A stretch of 64,000 bases of DNA. Source: Candidatus Fraserbacteria bacterium (GTDB lineage Bacteria > Bipolaricaulota > Bipolaricaulia > RBG-16-55-9 > DRXL01). The translations under genes and the position numbers were made by a program. Below, in pieces: positions 21,283 through 30,599 of the stretch. The DNA lies in NCBI GenBank assembly GCA_947085185.1, contig CAMTVK010000001.1, positions 32,001 to 96,000 of the forward strand, read 5' to 3'. Position 1 is the first letter of the stretch, and the number at the start of each line of letters is the position of its first letter. The notes beneath the pieces are model-generated. The model saw only the letters and a list, made by a program, of their open reading frames with translations. It was not told the origin of the DNA and searched no databases.

Positions 21283-21931
21283 TGGTGCCTCGGTTGCTTT
21301 TGTTGCCGAATCGGTCCAGCCATTGGTCGAATTCATCCGTACCATCCCGATGCGGGTTCTCTCGGTCCAGCATCCAGCGCATCGGGTTGGTCAGGATGTA
21401 CTCGCGGATACGGTTCAGGGATTCCTCGTTGCGGATGATATGTTCGTAGTAATTGCGTTGCCAAACGGCGATGCCAGGCGTGCCGCGTAATTCATTCACC
21501 CGTTTGGTGACGGCGGATTTGAACGAACGGATTACGGTCGGGATGGACCCGGCCACGGGATTGCCAAACCGTTCCCACGACGATCGCGACAACGGGGTGT
21601 GCGGGACGATTCCCCGTAGGGGCACGGCATGCCGTGCCCCTACGGCATGTGCCCCAACACGACGCACAATCCACAAAATCCCGTGAACGTGGTTGGGCAT
21701 CACCACAAATTTGTCCAATTCCACGTGCCGAAAATGGTTGGAAATCGCCTCCCAACACGCCTGTGCGATCTCGCCATAGGCATTCAACCGCATACCCCCA
21801 TTCAACACCTCCCCGAACACACACGCCCGATCTTTCGTGCAGACGGTGACGAAATACGCTCCCGGCTGGCTGTAGTCGTACCCTTTCAGCCGGATGCTGC
21901 GGCGATGGTGGCGTTCGGGGTCAAATCTCAT
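21272..21931 (-). CDS. REP-associated tyrosine transposase (RAYT, IS200/IS605 Y1 superfamily)
   Basis: RRSIRLKGYDYS..G.YFVT, VMPNHVH (HUH), WQRNYYEHIIR, YI..NP catalytic Tyr. Confidence 0.92.
   Translation of the reverse strand: MRFDPERHHRRSIRLKGYDYSQPGAYFVTVCTKDRACVFGEVLNGGMRLNAYGEIAQACWEAISNHFRHVELDKFVVMPNHVHGILWIVRRVGAHAVGARHAVPLRGIVPHTPLSRSSWERFGNPVAGSIPTVIRSFKSAVTKRVNELRGTPGIAVWQRNYYEHIIRNEESLNRIREYILTNPMRWMLDRENPHRDGTDEFDQWLDRFGNKSNRGTNAR
21614..21645. repeat. GTAG-type REP, perfect 32-bp palindrome inside the RAYT gene
   Basis: CCGTAGGGGCACGGCA|TGCCGTGCCCCTACGG, translated as VGARHAVPLR. A degenerate half copy is adjacent (to about 21658). Confidence 0.9.
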
Positions 21932-23806
21932 CAGTATTGTCCTCCGTCTAGGCCCATCACCCTCACCACCTCATTCCCCCAGAAATCAACCACCTTCACG
22001 GCGATGCGCTGGTGCTCGCCGGGTGTGAAGGGGAACGAGACGGTGCCGCGCATCTTTTCGAAAGCTTCGGGATCAATCTGGGCTTTGAATGCGCGCTGAA
22101 GCTTCTCCCAGGCATCCGGGTCGCCGGGGAAGAACGCCTGGGAGATCTTGAAGGTCATGCCGTCGTAGTCGGTATCGAGGAACCAGGCGGCCACCTCATC
22201 TCCTGGCGCGTGCTGCGTCTCGCCGCTCAGCGGATCGTAGATGTCCACGCCGCGCAGTTCGACCCGGCAGGCGCCGTCTTTTTCCTTCTGGACGCGCACA
22301 TCAGGTTGGCCGAAGACGGTGAAGATCTGGCTGGCGCGTCCGGTCTTGAGCAGATCGCCGACCAGCACATCGGGCGCGATGTTGGCGAAGTGCACCTGCA
22401 AGCCCGGCACGGGCGCTTTTTGGATGAGCGCCTGGGCTTCGGGGTCAAAACTGAACCCGGCAAAGATAAGAATAGGATAGCCGTTCATCTTCGCCGTCGG
22501 GATGGCTTCTTGCACTTGAAACGCGGCGACCGGGCCATACTGCGGGCCAAAACTGATGGCCACGCGCGCACTCTTACCGTTCTGCCCCGTTTCGCCTTCG
22601 GCGTGCAAATAGCCTACGTTGAGCAGGCGCAGGTTTTGCAGTTCCATCTTCTTGCCGCCGGGGAAGAGCACGCCGCCTTGTTGCTTCAGCAGATTGAGCA
22701 TCGTCGTCAGGTAATCGCCGCCCCGGTCAGCGACGCGCGCGCCGGCTTCGTCGGCTTCGAACTGGGGGATGGGCGCCTGCGTCGGGTCTTCCACTGCCGG
22801 CACCGGGATAGCCTCCACCGTAAACGGTCCGGTCACCCGCACCACCCCGCGCTTGACCTGCGGTTTGTCGTAGAGCGTCTCCTGCGGCGCGTTGCGCTGG
22901 ATGCTGGCGTCAATCTCCTGGCGCTTCTTGCGTTTGAGTTCCCAGAACCGGCGATGCGCCTCCTTTGCTTCATCGGACCCGCTCTGGGCAGACACAAGGT
23001 CTGCCCCTACAAGGCGGTACCTCCCACTCCTTCCACTCCTTGCCCAGCGCCGCATTGAGTTCCGAGAGCGCCTGGTCAATCTGCGGCTGATACTTGGCGG
23101 CAATCGTGTCAATTTCGGTGTTCTTGGCGATGCTCTCCAGCGTGATGTGCGGGACGGTCTCGTAGAAAAAGCCGCCGGCGGGACCGCGCTCCGGATCGCG
23201 CAGTTCGTAGTAGTCGTACTTCGCCGTCATCAGCCGCTGGCGGGCGATGGCCAGCGCCACGCGGGAGGTGTCGCAGGTGATCCAGCGCCGCCCCCACTTC
23301 TCGGCGCAGTAGGCGGTCGTGCCGGAGCCGCAGGTGGGGTCGAAGATCAGGTCGCCCGGGTCGGTGGTCAAAAGTATGCATCGCGCTATAACTTCTTCGT
23401 TAGTCTGAACGGCGTAAAGGGGATTAGCGGCCCCGCCAAGACCGTCCCAGAGGTTACTCAGTGGACGAACAGGAAAGTCCTCGTGGTAGCGAATATATCT
23501 GAGCGTATCGCCAAATACTGCGACTCTTCCAACGCGGCGCACGGCGTCGAGAATGGCGCGCGTGGAGATGCGCTCATGGATGTGGAGCGAGACCACATCC
23601 ACGTCAAACGAAGTGTGCTCGGCCTTGCCCGCCCACACCAGTTGCAAGTCCAGATGCGGGTCGTAGGCGTACGTCTTCGTCTGGCGCTCTTGCACCTCGT
23701 ACGTCGGCGCCACACCCGCGGGTGGGTTGTTCTTGCGCCGCGCCTCGGCGTGCCGGAAGTCGCGCACGCCGCTCTGACCCGCCTGGAGAGTCTTCTTCCT
23801 TGGCAT
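21931..23806 (-). pseudogene. mod: Type III DNA methyltransferase (Mod), internally deleted and frameshifted
   Basis: LVWAGKAE..SFDVDVVSLHIHERIST N-terminus, DPTCGSGTT motif I and RIAVKVVDFWGNE C-terminus are present. The DPPY region is missing (junction about 23530). The frame changes at about 22975. Confidence 0.88.
22986..23010 (-). repeat. GTAG-type REP inside mod
   Basis: GTAGGGGCAGACCTTGTGTCTGCCC: GTAG followed by a GGGCAGAC/GTCTGCCC hairpin. Confidence 0.85.
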
Positions 23807-23811
23807 TCAGC

Positions 23812-24957
23812 TCACTCCTCACGCGGCTCCCCGTCTCCTCCGCTCGCTATATTATAAAGCGGGCTATGGGCAGGGCTTCCACTCATAACGGCGCGAACTT
23901 CTCTCAGTTTCGCCTGAAGGTCGCTCTCATCCAAGCCCCTGACCGTAACATGGCCGACTTTACGGCCCGGTCGCGGAGATTTGCCGTAGATATGAAGATG
24001 CACTCCGGGTATTTCCAAGAGACGACGCGCATCCGGCAGGGTGCCGATGCAATTTACCATGGCAACCGGACCCACAGGCACCGTAGCCCCCAGCGGGAGC
24101 CCCAGGATGGCGCGGAGATGGTTCTCGAATTGACTGGTTTCTGCGCCTTCAATCGTCCAATGTCCCGTGTTGTGTACACGCGGGGCGAACTCGTTGGCCA
24201 GAAGCTCATTTCCCACCTGAAAGAGCTCCAATGCCAATACCCCGACGAAGTCCAGGTGCGTCAACAGCCGCTCCACATACTCCTTCGCCTTCGCGGCGAT
24301 GGGATCGGCGGGCCGGCTCATGGAGCTCTCGAGGATGCCCTGCCGGTGAACGTTTTCCGCAAGAGGGTAGTAAGCCGTCTTGCCGTTCGAGCCCCGTACG
24401 GCGACGATGGACACTTCCCGGTCGAAGGCAACGAAGCGCTCTGCCATCAGGGGTGTGTTGGGCAGGCGGCCAGAGAGGGACTCGAGTTCGGCCTCTCCTC
24501 CGACTATGAATTGGCCTTTTCCATCGTAGCCGCCTGAGCGCGCTTTGAGGACCAGCGGGAAGCCGAGCCGCTCTGCCGCCTCCCCGAGGTCGTGCTCCGC
24601 GTCTATTGCCAAAAAGTCCGCTGTAGGGATGCCGAGATCCAGAAATAGACGCTTTTCCCGCAGCCGGTCCTGCTTGATTCGCAGCGCTTCGGGCGGCGGC
24701 AGAATGCGTACCCGTTGCGACAGATACTCGACGCCCCTCAGGGAGATATTCTCGAATTCATAGGTCACCACTTCCGCACCCATGCCAAGCCGGTCGAGCA
24801 ACGAAAAGTCGTCGAAGCTGCCGTGCAACGCTTCTCCCAGAGGGAAAGCACAGGCATCTGCTGCCGGGTCCAGGAACCGGAACTTCAATCCCAGGGGGTA
24901 GCCGGCGAGCGCCAGCATCCGCGCCAGCTGCCCCCCTCCGAGGATACCTACGATCAT
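23812..24957 (-). CDS. purK: N5-carboxyaminoimidazole ribonucleotide synthase
   Basis: [53 protein letters not shown]. The C-terminal tail appears to read into foreign DNA. Confidence 0.96.
   Translation of the reverse strand: MIVGILGGGQLARMLALAGYPLGLKFRFLDPAADACAFPLGEALHGSFDDFSLLDRLGMGAEVVTYEFENISLRGVEYLSQRVRILPPPEALRIKQDRLREKRLFLDLGIPTADFLAIDAEHDLGEAAERLGFPLVLKARSGGYDGKGQFIVGGEAELESLSGRLPNTPLMAERFVAFDREVSIVAVRGSNGKTAYYPLAENVHRQGILESSMSRPADPIAAKAKEYVERLLTHLDFVGVLALELFQVGNELLANEFAPRVHNTGHWTIEGAETSQFENHLRAILGLPLGATVPVGPVAMVNCIGTLPDARRLLEIPGVHLHIYGKSPRPGRKVGHVTVRGLDESDLQAKLREVRAVMSGSPAHSPLYNIASGGDGEPREE
23834..23864 (-). promoter_or_regulatory. Palindrome-flanked -10 box upstream of mod (copy 1)
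   Basis: GCCCGCTT-TATAAT-ATAGCGAGCGGAGGAGA, near-identical to 38207-38238. Confidence 0.65.
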
Positions 24958-25451
24958 GGGCCAGCCTCCCTCGGATCAGGATTTTCGAGTACGGCCTGCG
25001 TTTGCTTTCGACGATACTCCTCCAACGCCTGGCGGATTTCTGAGTGTTTGTTGCCCAGGATGGCCGCTGCGAGAAGGGCGGCGTTCACGGCGCCTGCCCG
25101 GCCGATGGCGAGCGTCCCTACCGGGACGCCCGCAGGCATTTGCACGATCGAAAGGAGAGAATCCAGGCCCTGAAGCACCTTGGACTCGATGGGCACGCCC
25201 AAAACTGGCAGAAGGGTCTTCGCCGCCGTCATTCCCGGCAGATGCGCCGCACCCCCCGCACCGGCGATGATGACTTCCAGTCCCCTTGCCGCTGCCGCTT
25301 CGGCGTATTGAAACACCTTATCCGGTGTGCGATGGGCCGAAACCACTTCGACTTCGTAGGGGATGGCCAACGCTTCGAGGGTTTCCGCGGCGTGGCGCAT
25401 CGTATCCCAGTCCGATGCCGAGCCCATGATGACGCCAACCAGTGGTTTCAT
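24954..25451 (-). CDS. purE: N5-CAIR mutase
   Basis: [42 protein letters not shown]. Confidence 0.98.
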   Translation of the reverse strand: MKPLVGVIMGSASDWDTMRHAAETLEALAIPYEVEVVSAHRTPDKVFQYAEAAAARGLEVIIAGAGGAAHLPGMTAAKTLLPVLGVPIESKVLQGLDSLLSIVQMPAGVPVGTLAIGRAGAVNAALLAAAILGNKHSEIRQALEEYRRKQTQAVLENPDPREAGP

Positions 25452-25552
25452 AAAGTCTCTCCCCCTTTCTTTTTGAACTTCTCAGGTCGTAGCACATCCA
25501 CGTCGGTGATAAAGGTGATAATGGTCACGAGTTTTCGGGAGTGCAGTTCCAT
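25448..25552 (-). pseudogene. sbtB: SbtB (PII-like) remnant with an in-frame internal deletion (34 aa)
   Basis: MELHSRKLVTIIT joined to [13 protein letters not shown], matching the N- and C-termini of SbtB-type PII proteins; lies directly after sbtA. Confidence 0.75.
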
Positions 25553-25560
25553 GCTACACC

Positions 25561-26505
25561 TCACGGCTGGCCATGGACCCACCGCGCCATCTCGAGATAC
25601 AGCGGAATTCCGAGCGTGACATTGAACGGAAAGGTCACACCGAGGGAGGCGGCGAGCGAAAGCGCCGGGTTCGCTTCCGGCACGGAAATCCGCATGGCGG
25701 CTGGAGCGGCGATATAGGACGCGCTCGCGGCAAGAACCGTCAGAAGTGCTGTTCCGCCGACCGACAGATCCAGGAAGCGCCCGAGGGCGCACCCCAGCAC
25801 CGCAGCAAAGAGTGGCATTAGAACTCCGAACGTGATCAGGAACGGTCCGTAGCGCCGCAGGGCGCTCATCTGCGCCGCGCACAGCAGCCCCATCTCCAGG
25901 AGAAACAACGCGAGCATCCCCCGGAAGAGATCAAAAAAGAACCCATCGATCGAGGCGAGGCCGTCCTGGCCCGCGATCCACCCGATAAACAGTCCGCCCA
26001 AGAGGCAGACGATCGCCTTCCCTGTCAGCACTTCGTGCAGCAGCCGGCCCCACTGTGTGCCGCGCGCAATCCCGCGTGCCAGCACTACGCCGACAATGAT
26101 CGCGGGCATCTCCAGAAGCACCAGGAACAGCGTCATGTAGGATTCGTACTCGACCTTCTGGGTGCCGAGATAGGCCAGAGCCACGGCGTACGTGCCCACG
26201 CTCACCGAACCGTAGTGGGCAGCGATGGAGGCGGCATCGGCACGCTTGAACCTTCCGGCGCTCCGGAGAACGGGGTAGGCGATCACCGGCAAGACAACTC
26301 CCAGAAGGACGACGGCGACCATCTTCGGTAGCAGCGGAAGCAGCGGGTATTTGGCCAGCTCCACGCCGCCCTTCAGACCGATGGCCAGCAAGAGATAGAT
26401 GCTCAGGAAATCATAAATGGCCGACGGGATACGGAGATCCGAACGGGCGAGGCCGGCGGCTACGCCAATAAGGAAAAACAGGATGACCGGATCAAGCGCC
26501 GTCAT
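25561..26505 (-). CDS. sbtA: SbtA-family sodium-dependent bicarbonate permease
   Basis: LLLAIGLKGG, IAAHYGSVS, LFLLEMG, ASASYIAAPAAMR..VPEAN, SLGVTFPFN. Confidence 0.93.
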   Translation of the reverse strand: MTALDPVILFFLIGVAAGLARSDLRIPSAIYDFLSIYLLLAIGLKGGVELAKYPLLPLLPKMVAVVLLGVVLPVIAYPVLRSAGRFKRADAASIAAHYGSVSVGTYAVALAYLGTQKVEYESYMTLFLVLLEMPAIIVGVVLARGIARGTQWGRLLHEVLTGKAIVCLLGGLFIGWIAGQDGLASIDGFFFDLFRGMLALFLLEMGLLCAAQMSALRRYGPFLITFGVLMPLFAAVLGCALGRFLDLSVGGTALLTVLAASASYIAAPAAMRISVPEANPALSLAASLGVTFPFNVTLGIPLYLEMARWVHGQP

Positions 26506-26574
26506 TTTTTGATGACCTCCGCACGGCGCGGGTTGACGCCACTCGTGCCTTGGTTTCCCCGCATACGCCGCGAA

Positions 26575-26802
26575 AGTAGAGCAAGGACACCCTCATCCAT
26601 CTTCATGCATCGAGATCCCTTCACCAGGACGGTGCACCCTGGCCCGAGACTCTGCTGCAACTTGGCGACCGGAGGCTCGACCCTGATGTCGCAGCGGCCG
26701 CCGTCAAGAATCAAGTCAACCAGACCCACCCAACTCTCCGGCCACATGCGCAGCCTCGGTGGGGCTCACCCGTCCCAATCGGTTGGCGGACGGCCCCGTG
26801 AA
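26575..26802 (-). pseudogene. Chimeric relic: internal sua5 fragment joined to a murF C-terminal fragment
   Basis: PSANRLGRVSPTEAAHV..ELG / VDLILDGGRCDIRVE (compare the host Sua5 PSANRFGRPS..AQHV..DL..IELILDGG), then GCTVLVKGSRCMKMD (MurF tail). Confidence 0.7.
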
Positions 26803-26835
26803 GAGCGTTCACTCTGGTCCATGCGAGATAACGAG

Positions 26836-26864
26836 AGTATATGAAAGTGGGCTCGTCTTGTCAA
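26836..26864 (-). promoter_or_regulatory. sigma70-type promoter upstream of sbtA-purEK
   Basis: TTGACA-17 nt-TATACT. Confidence 0.75.
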
Positions 26865-26937
26865 ACCCAAACGCCACGGAAGCGCCTGGCGCGTCCCTGA
26901 GAACGATGCCGTGTGGAGTGTAGAACTCGCCCTCGCT

Positions 26938-27681
26938 TTACTCCCACCGGAATGCTCGCGCCGACACGGCTATACCCACCACCAACAGACCTGCGAGTAC
27001 GGCTACCTCCCGCAGGTGGCTGCTCCAGGCTTCGCCAAACCAGAAGCCCTGCAGCAGTTCAACCACGTATCTCATTGGCATCATTCGGCTGATCTGATCC
27101 ACAGAACTTGAAAACATCTCTTTTGGAAATGTCGCTCCAGAGAGGAAAAGGTTTGGAAAGTAGATGACCATCCCCGTGATATTGGCGACCCGCGCGGTGG
27201 GTGCCAGGCTGGCCACCAGAAAACCGATAGAGAAAAAACTGAGCGCGCTCAAGGTAAAGGCAACCAAGACGTTTAGGGCATTGCCTTCAAAGCGCAAACT
27301 GTAGACCAGTCTGGCCGCGATGATTAACAGCGCTGCGCCCAGCAGGGTCATCATGAACCCAACCACGACCTGGGCTGTCAGGATGGCCGCAGGGTGCAAA
27401 GGCGTGGCGCGATAGCGGCGCAAAACGCCCCTCTCCCGATAGGTCGCGACGCCGATAGGGATGCTCATAAACCCCGTCGTGCCAATGATCATTGCGATGT
27501 AGCCCGGAACGCTGACGTCTACCGAACCACGACCGCCGAAAAAGGGCGTGGGCTCATTGCCGTAGATGCTACCGAAGATGAAAAGCAGCAGCAGCGGAAA
27601 GGCCAGCGTGAAGAAAGCCGCCGCCGGTTCCCGCACGAAGAGTTTGGCTTCCGTCCACATCAATCTCCACAGACCACGCAT
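26938..27681 (-). CDS. ABC-2 type exporter permease
   Basis: 6 TM helices, F.L.FP...L.IFG, RERGVLRR.RATP, FLSGATFP. Confidence 0.92.
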   Translation of the reverse strand: MRGLWRLMWTEAKLFVREPAAAFFTLAFPLLLLFIFGSIYGNEPTPFFGGRGSVDVSVPGYIAMIIGTTGFMSIPIGVATYRERGVLRRYRATPLHPAAILTAQVVVGFMMTLLGAALLIIAARLVYSLRFEGNALNVLVAFTLSALSFFSIGFLVASLAPTARVANITGMVIYFPNLFLSGATFPKEMFSSSVDQISRMMPMRYVVELLQGFWFGEAWSSHLREVAVLAGLLVVGIAVSARAFRWE

Positions 27682-27693
27682 TGTTTCCTCCTG

Positions 27694-28614
27694 CTATCGA
27701 TCTCGCATCTCTCGGCCGGTCAGGGCCAAGAACACATCTTCCAGCGTCGGCTGTTCGGTGCGCAAATCACGGAAACGCACTCCACCCGCTGTCAACGTGT
27801 TCACTACACTGGCGACGAATCGATCACCCTGTCCGTAAACGATGATCCGCTCACCGACCCGCTCCACGCGTCTTACCCCGGCGAGAGATTGCAAACTCTC
27901 AAGTGCGAAGGCGCCCTCTACAGAGAACACGACGCGATTCTCCGCGCCGAGACCGCGGATGAGATTCTCCGGCGTGTCAAGCGCGACCAGGCGGCCGTGA
28001 TCAATGATAGCCACCCGGTCACATAACCGTTCTGCTTCTTCCATAAAGTGCGTGGTGAGAAAGACGGTCTTGCCTCTGTCGCGAATGTCCCGCACCAGGT
28101 CCCACATGGCGCGGCGCGCCTGAGGGTCCAGCCCCGTGGTCAATTCGTCAAAAAATACCAACTCCGGGTCATGGATGAGGGCCAAGGCGATGAAGAGCCG
28201 TTGTTTTTGTCCGCCCGAGAGTTCGGCAAAGGCGGCGCGGCGTCTGTCGGCCAGCCCCACCTGTTCCAGCAGCGCATTCCCATCAGTCGTCCGAGGATAG
28301 AACGAAGCGAACAGGTCCAACGCTTCCCAGACTCGAAGCCGGTCGGGCAGCGCGGATTCTTGGAGCTGCACACCGATGCGTGATCGCAGAGCGTAGCCGT
28401 CCCGTTGCGGATTGAGGCCCAACACGTGGAGGCGGCCTGCGTCAGGTCGGCGCAAACCCTCGATGCACTCGATGGTCGTTGTCTTACCGGCCCCATTAGG
28501 CCCGACCATCCCAAAGATTTCCCCTTCGTAGACTTCAAAGTGGAGATCGTCTACGGCGACGACCGACCCGTAGGCTTTGCGCAGCTGCTCAACTTGTATA
28601 ATTGGATCTCTCAT
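27694..28614 (-). CDS. ABC exporter ATP-binding protein (DrrA-like)
   Basis: GPNGAGKTT, LSGGQKQR, FFDELTTGLD, TTH, PTLEDVFL. Confidence 0.95.
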   Translation of the reverse strand: MRDPIIQVEQLRKAYGSVVAVDDLHFEVYEGEIFGMVGPNGAGKTTTIECIEGLRRPDAGRLHVLGLNPQRDGYALRSRIGVQLQESALPDRLRVWEALDLFASFYPRTTDGNALLEQVGLADRRRAAFAELSGGQKQRLFIALALIHDPELVFFDELTTGLDPQARRAMWDLVRDIRDRGKTVFLTTHFMEEAERLCDRVAIIDHGRLVALDTPENLIRGLGAENRVVFSVEGAFALESLQSLAGVRRVERVGERIIVYGQGDRFVASVVNTLTAGGVRFRDLRTEQPTLEDVFLALTGREMRDR

Positions 28615-28740
28615 ACCGGCACACCTCCAGCGACTGCGCGCGGTTATTTTATATGATATGCAACGTTCACACCAGGCTCCCTACCGATCTCCCGCTGGGT
28701 CCAGTTAATTGGCACATTGCGGAGGCCCACAAGTGGAAGC

Positions 28741-28812
28741 AGCTCCAGGACAGAGATAGCTGCCTACGCTCATAAACTCGGCATCACCACTGAAGGCTCC
28801 TCCGGCTTCTAG
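28741..28812 (+). pseudogene. C-terminal relic of a LuxR/NarL HTH regulator
   Basis: SSRTEIAAYAHKLGI...stop, a typical LuxR-HTH tail. Confidence 0.55.
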
Positions 28813-28821
28813 GGGCCTCAC

Positions 28822-28980
28822 TCAGCACAGCCAGTCCAAGCTGACTGAAGTCCTGTGGTCCCGTCTGTCCGGAAGTGCATAGAAGAACGAGGTATCACAA
28901 AAGCGCGTGGAAGGGATTGCTGCTGCGCTCATCGGGCCTTGGGGTATAAGTACTCGTCGTGCTGGCGGGCGACGGCCCGT
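28822..28980 (-). pseudogene. vapBC toxin-antitoxin relic
   Basis: Antitoxin tail AVARQHDEYLYPKAR-stop overlaps (ATGA) a PIN-type start MSAAAIPSTRFCDTSFFYALPDRRDH, which stops after 36 aa. Confidence 0.65.
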
Positions 28981-29024
28981 GGCAAAAGTGCGCACGTCGG
29001 GAGACCGTGGCGGAGCTGGTGGTT

Positions 29025-29609
29025 CTAAGCAGTCGTCCAGCCACCGTCCGCGATGTCCAGCTTCTTCAGTTCCGCGGCCGCGAAGAGGTTCACCACGCCC
29101 TCGGGAGCGATGGCGCGGGAGACGATCTGCCGGATAACGTGGTCTAGCTCTTCTTCGGGGCGCTCTTCCGAAGGAGCCCGCTTCGCGAGGGCTGCCCGGA
29201 CTGCCTGGAAGAAGGCCACGTCGTCCCGAATGCGCAGCGCCTCTTCGTGCGGCACTGCTAGCGCAAAGGCCTTGGATAGCTCGCTGACGGTGCGGAGCAA
29301 CCGATCCTTCCCATCCTCTTGTGTCAGGATGTGTTCCTGCGCCGCGGCTAAAAGGGCAAGGCGTTCTTCGGCTTTTCCGGCCTTCCAGGCCGTCCAGTCG
29401 AACCCGTAGAACAGGTCGCAGCAGACTTCGTACTTCTCCAGCATCACGGCCACGGCCTCGTCCTGGTCGATGGCGGTCCGTCCCGTGCCGCCGCTGTCGG
29501 TGTAGGTGGCGAGCGTCGATTTGAGCTCGTGGGCGAGACCCAGGTAGTCAACCACGAGGCCGCCCGGCTTGTCCTTGAACACCCGGTTCACCCGGGCGAT
29601 GGCCTGCAT
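29025..29609 (-). pseudogene. hsdR: Internal/C-terminal fragment of type I restriction subunit HsdR
   Basis: [24 protein letters not shown] (helicase motif VI region); cut off after LKKLDI. Confidence 0.88.
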
Positions 29610-29624
29610 GATGACGCCCAGTCT

Positions 29625-30599
29625 TCAAGGATTTTCCTTGCTTTTCACTTGATAGTGTTTGTCCAGCTCATTTAGTATCGCCTGGCTGTAGAAGGTCTTT
29701 TTCGGTGACTTGGGGTTTTGAGGGTCCAGGCGGCGGACATGCGCGAACCGCGTGTCACCTTCTAGTTCATGACGGAGTTGGTGATACCGCTGATCGACCT
29801 TGAAACCCGGATAGCGCTGCCGGCACTGCGCGGTCAGTTCGCGGTAATCCCACGGATACCGTTCGCGGATTTGCTCCTCCGTCAACCGCACCGCCGGGGC
29901 ATTTGGATCGCTGGTCACTCGAACCGGAGTTGCGGCCGCCGACCTTGAGCGTACGAAGCGGACCTCGACGTTGATCGCCACCGAGTACCGAGCATTGGGG
30001 TCGGCATCGTGATTGTCGAGGTTCTTCACATAGTGCAAGAAGTTCTTTTCTTCCTTGTTGAGCTCGACTGCTTCCGTGACGGGGGGCGGAGCCACAAACG
30101 ACAGGGGCATGAGGTAAAAGTTGAAGCGGGAAAGATCCTCGTTGAACCAGTCCCACGCAGCCGAGGCGAAGTTCTTGACGGCCGCCATCCCGATCTCCTG
30201 AACTCGCTCCGCAAGTTCCGGGCTCTGGTGGTAGAAGTGGACCGCTGTGTCCCGAAGTTCACCAAGGGCTTCCAGATTCTGGCGACAAGCTTCGTCCATG
30301 ACTTTCTGCTCGGTGAGCTTCTTCGCAAGATAGTCCACGCTATGAGTGAAGGGGCTTCCTGAGCGCGTCCGTTTGTACCGTGGCCGCTTGCTGCCTCCGC
30401 CTTCGCGCACGTAAAGGCTGCTGAGCCGATTTCTATTCATAGCCAGCCACTTGGCTTTGAGGAGAAGCTCCCAGGCGTTGAGAGCCAGAATCGTGAACGA
30501 TTCAGCCCGATAGCGGAAATCGGGCTTGTTGTAGACGTCAATCGCTGCCACCATGGCGGCAATCGCGCGGTCGAGCAATTCACGGGAGCGTGCTTTCAT
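29625..30599 (-). CDS. DUF3644-family protein with an RxxxxH (HEPN-like) motif
   Basis: AIDVYNKPDFRYRAESF.IL..NAWELLLKA and ELRDTAVH; start overlaps the hsdS stop (ATGA). Confidence 0.82.
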   Translation of the reverse strand: MKARSRELLDRAIAAMVAAIDVYNKPDFRYRAESFTILALNAWELLLKAKWLAMNRNRLSSLYVREGGGSKRPRYKRTRSGSPFTHSVDYLAKKLTEQKVMDEACRQNLEALGELRDTAVHFYHQSPELAERVQEIGMAAVKNFASAAWDWFNEDLSRFNFYLMPLSFVAPPPVTEAVELNKEEKNFLHYVKNLDNHDADPNARYSVAINVEVRFVRSRSAAATPVRVTSDPNAPAVRLTEEQIRERYPWDYRELTAQCRQRYPGFKVDQRYHQLRHELEGDTRFAHVRRLDPQNPKSPKKTFYSQAILNELDKHYQVKSKENP

